Shown here: one piece after another, positions 10,812-23,596 of the stretch
Layout of the letters: every line of letters starts with the position of its first letter
Position numbering within the stretch: position 1 is the stretch's first letter
Assembly (NCBI GenBank): GCA_951406725.2
Contig: OX597820.1
Coordinates: 99,200,001 to 99,264,000, forward strand
Direction of reading: 5' to 3'
Length of the DNA stretch: 64,000 nucleotides
DNA from: Octopus vulgaris
Lineage: Eukaryota
Notes under the pieces: model-generated
What the model was told of the DNA's origin: nothing
What the model saw: only the letters and a program-made list of their open reading frames with translations
Databases searched by the model: none
Made by a program: the position numbers and the translations under genes

Positions 10812-13800
10812 TGTTCTTTTTTTACTTTGTCGTTTCAGCTCAGAGCTATGGCCATGCACTGCCGTTTTGTTACAATTGTTACTGAGAGCCTCCTCTAACA
10901 TATGGCACTTGGTGAAGGATGGAGTTTGATGTAGTTACCCTCATTTGCTCCTCTTGCTGTGTGGTTAGTTCAGCTGGGACTCTCAACAAGTGATCCACTC
11001 TTGATTTGAAAACGCCTTTGTGTCGGTTCCTTAGGCTCTGTGGGAGAATATTAAAAGGCTGTGGACGCCCGAAACCCAGGCTGTTGCAGTAACTGGTCCT
11101 GAAGCGTAATGGCATTGCTGGGATCTTTGGCACTGTGGAGTGTCGACCCGTTCTGGCTTTTAGTGCCAAAATTAGGCACCGTTCCTTTCAGGATCTTCCA
11201 GATGTATATTACTGCATACCTCTCCTGCCTTCACTCCAGAGTGTAGAGTCTTAGCTGTTTCAGCCTTTCCTAGTAGCTGAGCAGTTGCAAAGAGACGATC
11301 TTCTTTGTGAATCTTCTCTGGATTGCTTCATGGTCCACTGTTAATTTCACACAGTTGGGTGACCATAGCTGGGAGCAGTAATCCAGATGGCTGAGGATGA
11401 ATGTCCTCCAGAGGACCATCATGGTTTCCTTATCTCTGGTTCTGAATGTTCTCAGGATCCAGCCCGCCAATTGTCTGCACTTTGTCGCCATCCTGGTAAT
11501 ATGCACTTGGAAAGAGGTATCATCACGCATGTTGATACCCAGGTCCTTCACTGATTTAGGCTCTGGGATTGTAATTCCCTGTGGACCAGTGTACCCTGTA
11601 AGTTTAATATTCAGTTTTGGATGCTTGTAGCACAGGGCTTGGAATTTTTGAGCATTAAACTGCATATTATCCTCAGCCCATCTGTAAATTGAATCCAACT
11701 CCTGCTGCAGATGTGCAACATCGCTGGGGTTCTGTTTTTTCTGTGAGACTTTTGTATTGTCTGTGTAGCTAGTAAGGGTGGCTATCCGGGCATTTGAGAG
11801 CATATCTGAGAGGGCCACTATGAACAGCATTGGTCCCAAGACAGCGCCCTGTGGAACACTACTCACTATTTTTGTTTTCATTGAGGTGGCTCCATTGGCC
11901 ACTACTACCTGACTTTCTATCTTTCAGAAAGTCATGTAACCACTCTCCAAGTTTTCCAACTGTGCTGAGATCACGCAGGTTGTGGCATATCATACCATGA
12001 TCCACTTTCTTGAAAGCTTTTGCAAAATCAAGGTGTATTATGTCCACATTTGAGTTGTTGAGTAACTGCCTCAACACCCAGTCATAATGTTGTAAGGACT
12101 GGGTCGAAAGCCATGCTGGGTATCACTCAGCAAGTTATTTTCTTCAAGGAATGCGATTAGTTTCCCTCTGACTATCCATTCCATGACTCTGCTGATATGT
12201 GAAACCAGAAAGATTGGCCTATAGTTTTTGGCATCTGCTCTGCTTCCTCCTTTATGGATTAGGCATATTATTCCCTCCTTCAGCTTGCTTAGGAGACTGC
12301 CATTTACAAAAGAGCTCTGGAAGACAATCTGGAGGGGTTTTGCCAGGGCACGCTTACACGATTTGAGGAGGATTGCTGGGAAACCATCGGTTGAGTTTGT
12401 GTCCACTTCATCTATGGCTAGTAGTATATCTTCTTCGCTAATATCAATGTATTCCATTGTAACTGCCTCGCAAAGAAGTCCACTGGCTCGTTCACTTGTC
12501 TGTGTTCCAACATCAAGTAAAGACACTTGAACTGGTCATTCAGTACCTCACTGATCCTGGTTGGGCTATCTGAGTGGGAGCCATCCTTTTGGAAGAGGGG
12601 TCCTATCTTGCAGTGTACTGAGGCAGTTTCTTTTGCATAATGAAAGGCCTTTGGGTTTGACTTTTTATAACCCAGGCTTCTCTGTCTGCTCTCTCCCTCA
12701 CATAGGAATGTTGCAGGCTTTTTTAATCTCCATCAGTGTTGTTTTTAGGCGGGACCTTTTGCTATTTTTGGGATGTTGGTTGAGGTGATTTGCAATCTTC
12801 GTCCGTTGTCTCATGAGGATCTTCCTCTCTTGGAATCTTGTTCCTCTTTGTTTTGGCCTTGTGCTCTGGGACATATTTGTAGCATATGGTTTGCAGACAT
12901 GAAATATTCTAGTTTCATGCCAATGTCTGGTGTGGAGAGACATTTCAGCCAGTTTTGTGTGAAGATCGCTTTTTGGATCGATTTCCAGTCTGCTTTATGG
13001 AAGTTCAGATTGGAGAGATTTCAGGTGCTTCCTTTAGGCTGTATGTCTTTGGCTACTTTCGGCCCAGATATAGACAGCTGCATTATGTTGTGATCCGAGA
13101 CTAATGTTGGCGTCACTTTCACATCACAAACGATGTCCTTATTGTTCGTGAAGCAGAGATCTAAAATGTTATTCGCCCTAGTTGGTCTGAGTACAACTTG
13201 CTCCATGATGAGGTTGAGCAGGGACTCCACCTGTGCTTGTTTGCAATGAGTCATTCTTGAGAGCATGAGGCCTTCGGGCAATTTGACGTTGGGGAAGTTG
13301 AAATAACCCATAAGAAATATGCTCACATGGTATTCCAGTTTCGTGAGGCTTTCTTTAGTTCTTGTGAGGCAATCTTCAAACTTGCATATGTGGTTTGGAG
13401 CATCCGGTGAGCAATATGTATTGCATATATCTATATTGTGTTGTCTTATGTATACAATTAGAGTGTCACATACTGAATTTGAGTATGACAGTATGACCTG
13501 GAGTGTGAGGTAATCATGGATGTATACAGCAACTCCACTGTGGCTCCTTTCCATTCTGTCTGTTCGCAGTATGGCATATTTTGGTACATGTACTTCTGCA
13601 TCCTTCATATCAGGGCTGAAGTGAGTTTCCATGTGTGCTGTCCATAGGGCTTCATTGTATGCAGCAAGGTCTCCCAGGAAAAAAATTTTGCTTTTGTTAT
13701 GATGCAACAGGCCCCCAATATTTAGTAAAGATATTGGCGTAACAACTATGCAGGCATTAGGGGAGGCCATCACGTGTCAGTTGACTGTGGTGGGAAAGGT

Positions 13801-13870
13801 TCCTTGTTTGCACTTGGTCTAGCTACTGCACAATCTTTTGCACCATTCACAAAAAAGACTCTTGCTCAGC
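10812..13870 (-). mobile_element. decayed CR1-group LINE, ORF2 (APE + RT) with 3' tail, 5'-truncated
   Basis: APE motifs (LLNIGGL, ETHF, RTDR..HSGVAVY, MGYFNFP, PTRANNILDL, SDHN) at 13021-13773. RT motifs NYRPI, QHGFRP, LDFAKAF..VDH, SVPQGAVLGPMLF, YTDNTK, VKDLGI, LDYCSQLWSP and IQRRFTK at 11270-12526. Many stops. Confidence 0.92.
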
Positions 13871-13975
13871 TGTATTATATATATTATATGTATATATATA
13901 TATTTATAGATTATATATATGTGTTATATCTGATATATATTTATATATATTACACATACATATATTTATATTATA

Positions 13976-14858
13976 CATCATCATCATCATCATTTAACGT
14001 CCACTTTCCATGCTAGCATGGGTTGGACGATTTGACTGAGGACTGGCGAACCAGATGGCTGCGCCAGGCTCCAGTCTGATCTGGCAGAGTTTCTACAGCT
14101 GGATGCCCTCCGAGAGTGTAGTGGGTGCTTTTACGTGCCAGCGACACGAGGGCCAGTCTGGCGGAACTGGCAATGGCCACGCTCAAAATGCTATTTTTTA
14201 CGTGCCACCTGCACAGGAGTCAGTCTTGCAGCACTGGCAATGACTTCGCTTGAATGTTTTTTCACGTGCTGGTAAGGCAACGCTGATAACGATCACGCTC
14301 AAATGGTGCTTTTTACATGCCACTGGCACGGAAGCCAGACAGCCGCTCTGGCAGTGATCCCACTTGGATGGAGCTGTTAGCGCTCCACTGGCATGGGTGC
14401 CAGTCATCGAATTTGGTTCAATTTCGATTTCACTAGCTCCAACAGGTTTACGCCAGCAGAGTTTAGTGTCCAATGAAGGGAGGTTGGTATGGGTGCCAGT
14501 CGTCGAATTTGGTTCGATTTCACTTGCCTCAACAGGTCTTCGCAAGCAGAGTTTTGTGTCCAAAGAAGGAAAGGTATGAATAAGTGGGTTGGCTACATCC
14601 TTGGTAAAGGCCACGGGTTATGGTCTCATTTGTCCTGCCGGGTCTTCTCACGCACATCATATTTCCAAAGGTCTTGGTTACTAGTCATTGCCTCAGTGAG
14701 GCCTAATGTTCGAAGGTTGTGCTTCACCACCTCGTCCCAGGTTTTCGTGGGCCTACCTCTTCCACAGGTTCCCCCAACCGCTAGGGTGTGGCTCTATTTT
14801 CACACAGCTATCTTCATTCTTGCCACATGACCATACCTGCGCAATTGTCACTCTTGCG
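13976..14858 (-). mobile_element. RTE-clade LINE 3' end (ORF C-terminus plus long 3' UTR with (GAT)n tail)
   Basis: The minus strand of 14625-14858 encodes LRRYGHVARM...GRGRPTKTWDEVVKHNLRTLGLTEAMTSNQDLWK, a typical RTE C-terminus. It is contiguous with the UTR ending ...GGACGTTAAATGATGATGATG. Confidence 0.85.
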
Positions 14859-15080
14859 TATATATATGTATACATACCACGGGCTCCTTTCCATTTCCAT
14901 CTACAAAATCCACTCACAAGGTTGCTCAAGTTGTCACGCAGTGGGACTGAACCCAGAACCATGTGGTTGGTAAGCAAGCTACTTACCACATAGCCACTCC
15001 TGCACCTGTATATATATTTATTATATATATATATATATTGTATAATATGATATATATATATATATATATATATGTGCGAG

Positions 15081-15397
15081 TGGAGGCGCAATGGCCCAGT
15101 GGTTAGGGCAGTGGACTCGCAGTTTCGATTCCCAGACCAGGCATTGTGAGTGTTTAGTTAGCGAAAACTCTTAAAGCTCCACGAAGCTCCGGTAGGGGCT
15201 CGTGGCGAACCCTGCTCTACTCTTTCACCGCAACTTTCTCTCACTCTTTCTCCCTGGTTCAGTTGTACCTGTATTTTAAAGGGCCAGTCTTGTCACGTGT
15301 CTGTGGAGTGCCTAGCCACTTGCACGTTAATGTCTTGAGCAGGCTGTTCTGTTGATTGGATCAACTGGAACCCTCGTCGTATCTGACGTTGTGCCTT
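15081..15397 (+). mobile_element. family D SINE
   Basis: Matches 53389-53775 with internal deletions. Confidence 0.78.
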
Positions 15398-15420
15398 AGT
15401 ATATATATATATATATATAT

Positions 15421-15571
15421 TTTATTTTATAGAAGGAGCTTCTACAGGACTAGAACTGTTTCATTCAGATGAAATCTTCAGGAAGCTGGCTGTTTTTGAC
15501 AGCCAGCTTCCTGAAGATTTCATCTGAATGAAACAGTTCTAGTCCTGTAGAAGCTCCTTCTATAAAATAAA
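15421..15571. repeat. perfect 73-bp inverted repeat (Penelope-like pLTR end) containing hammerhead motifs
   Basis: 15421-15493 is the exact reverse complement of 15499-15571, with a TTTTG loop. Confidence 0.9.
15505..15555 (+). ncRNA. minimal type I hammerhead ribozyme (mirror copy on the minus strand at 15437-15487)
   Basis: agcttc-CTGAAGA-tttcatctgaat-GAAA-cag-ttctagtc-ctg-TA-gaagct. Helix I (agcttc/gaagct), the core and helix III all pair, with a GUA cleavage triplet. Confidence 0.7.
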
Positions 15572-15632
15572 TTACTTTACTCTGCTATGTATTGCGTACC
15601 TTATTTACTGTGGTTAACCCCGACTCAACCCG

Positions 15633-15694
<62 letters not shown>

Positions 15695-15884
15695 AAGATA
15701 TATTATATAGACTGCGACCATGCTGGAGCATCGCCTTTAGTCGAACAAGTCGACCCCAGGACTTATTCCAGTACGTATCCTATCGGTCACTTTTACTGAA
15801 CCGCTAAGTTACTGGGACGTAAACACACCTACATCGGTTGTCAAGCGATGGTGGGGAGACAAACAAATACACACACACACACAC

Positions 15885-15940
<56 letters not shown>

Positions 15941-16105
15941 CACACACACACACAAGGTAAAGTTTTTTATTTTTCATGTACTTCGAAATTTGCTATAAAA
16001 TTGTGGTTTTTGGCCGTGCTTGGCTGCTATTTCTAGCATGTAAAAAAATTACCTGTTAAAGGGTAATTTTCTGTTTTGAAATACGTATATATAATATATA
16101 TACAT

Positions 16106-16150
<45 letters not shown>

Positions 16151-19038
16151 TATATACGACGAGCTTCTTTCAGTTTCCGTGTCCCAAATCCACTCACAAG
16201 GCTTTGGTCGGCCCGAGGCTATATAGTAAAATACATACTCTATTCCTTTGGGGGCCATGCCTTTTATACATATGGGCCATACCTCTTATATACATTATGG
16301 CCTTTTAATACCATCTGCTGTTAAACGTCAACACTTGTTTATGTGTTTGGGCATGTACCGGTATCCCCCTGTCAAAACGAAGTTTATAAAAAGCACTTGC
16401 TTTTATACTTATATGGAAACATTCGATATTATTAGTCAACGAGGATCGTTTCATTTCTTCCATCCAGCAATTCGTTTGTTTGATATTCAAACTTAATACC
16501 AGCGAATTGCCCTTCTTCGCCTTGCTTTCCGTGTTAGAAAATTTCCATTACGCAGAAACAAAACCACCCTTACATACTGCGCCTTCTTTTCACTCATTAT
16601 TTCTTCCCGATTCTTTCACTTTTCTTTCTCTCAAGTTTTATCCTCCTCTTGTCTTGTCCCCCCACCACCACCACTACCTAATTCTGCCTGTTTCATTCTT
16701 TAAGAATACCTTCCTCTCTCTGTATAGTAATATCACTATTCTTGATCCCTAATATGTAAGGATATGCTGCAGTTTTTCAAGGTATTTTTTTACGGAAAAA
16801 AGACGCATTTTCCTAATATTTTCAATTATGTATCCTTATGCATTACGTCTTTGTTCTTTCTAAATGTTTTTTTTCTTTTTTCATTTAAAACAAAAAAAAC
16901 AAAATTGCAAATTTGTCGAATATAGCGGACTTTTCATTTAGTATAACTGACGACATTCGGATATGTAACATTGTACAAGTGATGATATATATATATTATT
17001 TATAGAACTTATTTTCGTTTATTCATTCATTCAAAACGTGTATCGAATTCTGGTAACAGACATGATGCATGCACATACGACCTCACACACGGATATATAT
17101 ATATATATTTATTTATTTATATATATATAACTAAAAATAAGGGTGTATGAGAGACACCACCATGCCGAAATAGCAGTCAAATCCCTGACTCTAAAAACCA
17201 CGTTAAATGTTCATATCGCACCATGAGATAAGACAGAGGGACAAAATAGACTAGCAAAAAATATTACTGAATATATATATATAAACGGTATATATATATA
17301 AATAAGGATAAGATCGTTGATCAAATCAAGTGGCAGCATGGGGAGAAAAACCTTATAGGTTATAATTATTATTAAAATTATGAATAAGGGTATCTAAGAG
17401 ATACCACCGTACTTGTAATAGCAGTCAAAACCTGACTCTGAAAACCACATCAAGAGTTCAATACAGCGCAAGGTGAAAAGACAAATTAGATAAATAAACT
17501 AGTAAAAATTGGAATTGTTCACTCGATCGTTGTGAATACGCGTGGTTTTTATTCCATGATTAAATTTTGACGGTTTATATAATATGATAGTGAAATGATC
17601 TTTTCTTTCATTGACACAAGTTTGCATACAGGAAGTGGGTTTTTAAAATTTTTTTATTATTACATCTCTCCTAAGAATTGGATCTTCAGGGTTAGCTTGT
17701 TCTGGCAATAAACGTCTGTCCAATTTCCTGCTAGACCCCTCTCTCGCAAACTGCAGTAAAAGCCTCCTTCCTCGTATAAAAACTAGAAACAGTCTTTTTC
17801 TTCTTTTTAATGCCAGGATATGATTACTTAACACGCGGAAGGTGTCAGTCATTTCAATTTTAAGCTAGCACAGGGCGTATATGGTGGGTTATTAAATCGA
17901 TCCAATACATGCGTGGACCTTATTTCTACCGATCCTGGATTGATGGATGTAAGGGAAAGACGATAGGCTCAATGATCCCTTCATATGAAACAACCAGATT
18001 CTATTGTTAAGATTTTGTCAGCAATCCTTCATACCGACTACTATCTGTTTCATTAAGTTGTCAACTTTACCTCCTTTAGTTAAGTGTTTAATGCTTGCTT
18101 ATGTCTTTTACGTTAGTCATTTTTTTGATGTAGTTTAAAAGAGGTATAGGGCATAGAAGTCACCTCTCTTTCATTTTCTTTTTCTCTAACGTAAATTGAT
18201 TTGAACCGCCAGCTAGTTAAGAGTGTGGCTGTGTGCTTCATCGAGCGTATCTTCATTTTGTTTTTATTTTCGCACTGTGGTTTAGCTATATATATATACT
18301 GTTGTGAAAGGCATGATGAACCACATATAGTCTCGTTTATATTTGCAAAACCTCTCCCGTGAATCGAAAGCCATGTGATATGTAAGAAATCAATAACATT
18401 AGCTGTGATCTCATGAGTTTGATCAACTCAGATTACTAAAAAACCAACATTTTCTGCTTCACACTCTGCACATAGTGAAGTTCGATGTACGACGAACACC
18501 AGTGTGTGTGTGTGTGTAAGTTAGCCATTCGATAAATAGAGAACGATAAAATAAATACTAGAGTTAATGCAATCAACGAAACTCCTCAATCCCTTGAATT
18601 AACCTATAAAAGCATGTGTGTGTGTACTCATAAATGTACATACATATTTAGGGCTAACTACAGATTGGTGCCTCTCTGATTTCGTATAACTTTCTCAGAA
18701 TACATATTTTTTATGAATTTTTGCAGATACATTTTTGAGATTGCAGATAACGATTATGTTGATAGTATTTAAAAAGAACAATAACAGTTTTTTTAAAGTA
18801 GTTTCCGACCATTGTCCTTACTTTCTTCTTTCTCATGATTCTCTTTTTTTAAATTCATCTTTCTTAAATAAGAAATAGGTTTTCGAGTGTGTAGATTATT
18901 TCAGTTTGATGTTGCCAACCTAAATCTAAGGTAGAAAAAAAAAAGTGAAAATGCTGAAGTTTTTAGAAATTTGTGCTAACGAAGTCCGGACGATCTGTAT
19001 GAAACTCCTCCATTCTACTGAGTTTTTTTTTTCTTTAT

Positions 19039-19210
19039 CAACATATGGTTTTCACCCAGGCAGCTCAGGTTCGGTTCCCAACATTGAAACCTCAATTTTT
19101 AATGGCAGTGCCCCTGTGTGCCCACAACATATGGTTTTCACCCAGGCGGCCCAGGTTCGGTTCCCAACATTGGAACCTCAGTTTTTAATGGCAGTGCCCC
19201 TCTGTGTGGG
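19039..19210 (+). pseudogene. tandem duplication (86-bp unit) of a tRNA-Glu(TTC) 3'-half fragment with T-run trailer
   Basis: TGGTTTTCACCCAGGCGGCCCAGGTTCGGTTCCC..CATTGGAA matches the anticodon arm, T arm and acceptor strand of metazoan tRNA-Glu(TTC), followed by TTTTT. The 5' half is absent. Confidence 0.7.
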
Positions 19211-19987
19211 CCACAGCCTCTGGCTAGAAACTGATTGCAGAATAATCATCGCAATCTACACCCACTCTTTGAAAGAAACGAATGCGAAAACATTAAGGAT
19301 ATAAACATTAATATTCCTCATGTTTGTTATTAAGTTTGGCATTAGATTCAACAATGGAATTCATCCCCGCTCCCTTTAAATAAAGAAACATTATCAAACC
19401 CGAGTCATATCCTTTCTAACATTTGTGTTTATTTTTCTCTAAAACCGGTGGCCCACGTCTGTTTTGTTGCTAAATGTAATCCAGATATTTTCATATCAAT
19501 ATATATATATTACATTCGTTTATTTTTCATACTACTCCCATCTAATTATTTCTATATTAGTTTTTCACATTCGTCGTTTTTGTCTCTACACCCATCCATC
19601 TATTTATTAGTTATTGCATTCGTCCTTCTTTCTCACTACAACCATCGATCTATCCACCTATATTCGTTTTTTTTTTTCCCCATTGCAGACATCTGTCCTT
19701 TATTGTATTCGTCATCTATCCACCTAATTTCTATCTATATAACACTTTTATCTGCATTCGTCCGTTCTTTTCGTTACTTCCATCTGTCTATTTCTACCGC
19801 TGTTATCTATCTATCCGTTGTCTGCTTCAACATTCGTCCATATCTGTGTTTGTTTTCTTCAACTGTCTGTCTATCCAGTATTTTCTGTGGTTGAATGAAA
19901 CAAGCTTAATCTAATCCATCTTTCTCTTCGAAATATCCGTCCGTACCTGGTCCTATTTGTCCCTTTCTCACCGCTTTTTCTTCAGTC

Positions 19988-20160
19988 TGTTATTACTCCA
20001 CTCAATACATTGCGATCCTTACCTCAACGTCTCTTTATACATATTATTACTCCACTCAATACGTTGCGATCCTTACCTCACCGTCTCGATCCTTACCTCA
20101 CCGTCTCTTTATTATATTACTCCACTCAATACAATGCGGTCCTTACCTCACCGTCTCTTT
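19988..20160 (+). repeat. ~55-70-bp minisatellite, 3 units
   Basis: TATTACTCCACTCAATAC..TGCG.TCCTTACCTCA.CGTCTC repeated three times. Confidence 0.8.
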
Positions 20161-21761
20161 GCCCCTTTATTCATTCATTCCCTTCTCTTTAGCGTCTGTT
20201 ATATGAAAACGCCCATTAGTATTTTCCATTGGCTTCTTTATTACACTTTCTCTACATCATTCCATTTAGCAACTCGGGCTCCATCTTCGTTATATATTTA
20301 TTTATTTTTACCCCGGGTCGTTCATGTTGTCCACTCAGAACTGGCGTGTAAGACCCAACTAATTTCAGAATGTCCACCCTTTTACTCATATATGCTTTAT
20401 TGGTCGTTATTTAATGTCCATGATTACAGTTTCTGTGTTCAAGTGCGAGTATAGGCTGCTTTATGTTCTGTAGTCCTTCCTCAACACGGGGTTTTCATTT
20501 CCCGGTTATCGCTGATATCACACACCTTGTTGTACATGACGGAAATGTCTTTGAGAAAGGCAGAAATGTCACGCATTTCCTTTTTCTTCTTCTCTCTTTT
20601 CAAAAATTAAATCTGGAAGCCTTTGCAAGCAAATTATACACTTTTTAAAAAAAAATTCTGCTCCTTCATTCAATCCACGCTTCGGAAAAAAACAATGAGA
20701 AATGCCAATTCACTTGTGTCGCTAATGTCGTCAAAGAAAAGCATAAACGTAACACAATCTCCATTCCCTTCCTCTTGCATAAAAATAGTGAAAACCTTGG
20801 TGTCACTCTAAGAAATCGTTTATTACGCTTTCAAAATACCATGCCAGTTAGTTCGTTGTTCAATTATCTGCTGCAAATAACTATAATTTAAATACTGCTG
20901 ACTGGTTTTGCTTGACAGTATAATAATAATAATGATATGTACGTTATGGTTGCAAAATCCGGTAAATTACAATATCGGTGGGTTTTTCCACAGGACGAGT
21001 AGCGGGCATGTTGCACTGACTGAGGTGGATATGATGAAATTTGACTGATGGCGCCAGAGCTAATGTTTAGTGATACTCGTAGTTTGATATCAGATAATAA
21101 GTTTCTACTAAGTTAAAAGTATGAATTAAAACATAAAAAAAACTATAGCGAGTGTTTTATTTTGGAGCATCATAAAGTAGTTTAGTAATAATAATTGTTG
21201 AAATATTAGCGAAGAGGGTTTAAGTCGGTTACATGGAGCCCACCCAATGCTCGACTGGTGCTTATTTTATCAACCCCGAAAGTAGACTTCGGCGGAATTT
21301 GAACTTAGAAATGAAAAACCGGAAGAAATTGCCACTAAGCATTTTAATGTGTGCACTGATTGCATGAGAGTTTGCAAACATGGATAGTTGTTGCAATTTG
21401 ATCCTTTCGAAACTGTGTCTTGGAAACTCTTCAGGAGTTCCTTGTGTAGATGTTGCCTTGTGTAAAAGAAAAAGCTTTTGTTGGTCAAAATATTTTTACC
21501 ACGATTTCTATTTTAATAAGGCTATATATGTGTGTGTGTGCTCTCCGATTTCTATATAAAAGAAATGATAGTGTGCAACATATTTTTGATGTAACATTTC
21601 TCGGAGCTACTGCTTACCGATGGAACGTAAGGAAAAGTTAAATTTTGAATGAAAAAAAACACCAGTACCGTGGTAACTAATAAATAAAATAGCGGACATG
21701 TATATATATATATATATATATATATAAACACATACATATATGCACACACACATATATACAT

Positions 21762-21838
<77 letters not shown>

Positions 21839-22497
21839 ACATACATACATACATACATGCGCGCACGCACACGCGAACAAATAGTGTCACGTGCATGGGC
21901 GCGCTCACGTTTTCGGTTGTCTGTCCGAAATGGGTTTTGAAGAAAGACCTGTGTTTTTCGATAGTCTTGTACTTTAATGTTACATTCTCTTTCTCACTTT
22001 TTCGTCTACAAAATACAAACCCAGCGGATAGAAAAAAGGAGATAAAAGAGAAAGGGCACACATATATATACACGTAAAGAAGGGATGTTATATATTGGCG
22101 AACAGGAGGTTGATACATATATAAAGAGAAAGTGGCGAATGTGTATGTGTTGGGGGGGACATTAAATTTAATATAAGATAAGTGGCCACTATTAATTACT
22201 GTTTAGAAAGTAATTTGGTAGGTAAGCAATAACACACTGACAGTTTGTTATTACTAGTTTCAAGGAAGAACATTATACGAAGTGTACAGTGACCGCCTGA
22301 TCGTAACACTTTGCCCGCCCTCTTGATATATCTCATTTTTTTTTTCTCTCTCTCTTATTTCAAAAAAGACACAACCTCTTTCCATTGGCTTATGTCGTTT
22401 ACATAGTCAAACACTTTGTTATCATCGCCATCGTTATTATTTTTTTTGTTGGAAAATCATTTAAAAAGCAGATTGCTTTACACTTTCTGTTTTACGG

Positions 22498-22892
22498 TTT
22501 ACTCTTTTACTTGTTTCAGTCATTTGTCTGCGGCCATGCTGGAGCACCGCCTTTAGTCGAACAAATCGACCCCGGGACTTATTTATTCTTTGTGAGGCCA
22601 GTACTTATTCTATCGGTCTCTTTTGCCGAACCGCTAAGTGACGGTGACGTAAACACACCAGCATCGGTTGTCAAGCAAATGCTAGGGGGACAAACACAGA
22701 CACACAAACATACACACACACACATATATATATACGACGGGCTTCTTTCAGTTTCCGTCTACTAAATCCACTCACAAGGCTTTGGTCGGCCCGAGGCTAT
22801 AGTAGCAGACACTTGCCCAAGATGCCACGCAGTGGGACTGAACCCGGAACCATGTGGTTGGTAAGCAAGCTACTTACCACACAGCCACTCCT
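22498..22892 (-). mobile_element. family A tRNA/CORE SINE, full length
   Basis: Head AGGAGTGGCTGTGTGGTAAG...GGTTCAGTCCC (A/B-box-like), CORE-like CTTGGGCAAGTGTC, tail ...GACTGAAACAAGTAAAAGAG. Confidence 0.88.
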
Positions 22893-23189
22893 TAAGCGTC
22901 TCCTTTTTTTTTGTTATCCCTCAGGAATTAAATCTCTGTATGTATTAGGTATTATTTATTAGGCACTCTTTCGGTATGTCGTTTATTAATTTTGGTAAGA
23001 ACAGACAGAGGATAGCATTATCTGTTGTTTTATATTCTTCTAACAGTCCGTCAGGTGTATATAAGTGTAGGATGTGCATTTTATTATTCTATATATTTTC
23101 CTTTTGTAATTTTAAAAAAGCAAGCCTTCGAATAACTGACCTGTAATAGATTCGATCTCTTGTGATTTTGTAGTTATTTCTCCTTGCCT

Positions 23190-23445
23190 CACCTTCCATC
23201 TGTGCGCTTTTAAATATATCCCACAATGTTTGGAAACTGAAGTTTTCAAGGACCAAAATATATTTTAGCTGTGGAGGAGGAGTTGTTAAAAGAAAAGACT
23301 AAAACTAAAGCCACTTTATGAAAACATTGTACTAGATTATTCACCACAATCATCGTATCTATCGACATATGTACTCATACGTCCTCTGTTCTGGTGGGAA
23401 TGTCACCGACAGAAAATAGTTTATTGTTTGGGAACAGCTTGAGGT
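23190..23445. promoter_or_regulatory. candidate (possibly bidirectional) promoter with divergent splice donors
   Basis: Plus-strand donor GAG|GTGGGT at 23443/4 and minus-strand donor AAG|GTGAGG at 23193/2. It lies near the transition from CpG-retaining to CpG-depleted sequence. Confidence 0.25.
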
Positions 23446-23596
23446 GGGTGGATACACTTGCGCGAATGAATGGGCAGTGGTTGTACTTTTTGCTTTGTAG
23501 TGAGTGTAATGGATTTCTTATACATTCGCACACTTTTGGATGTCAGTGCTGTTGTATTTGTTTGTGTATACTAATATCTGACACGTGTCCTGTTAG

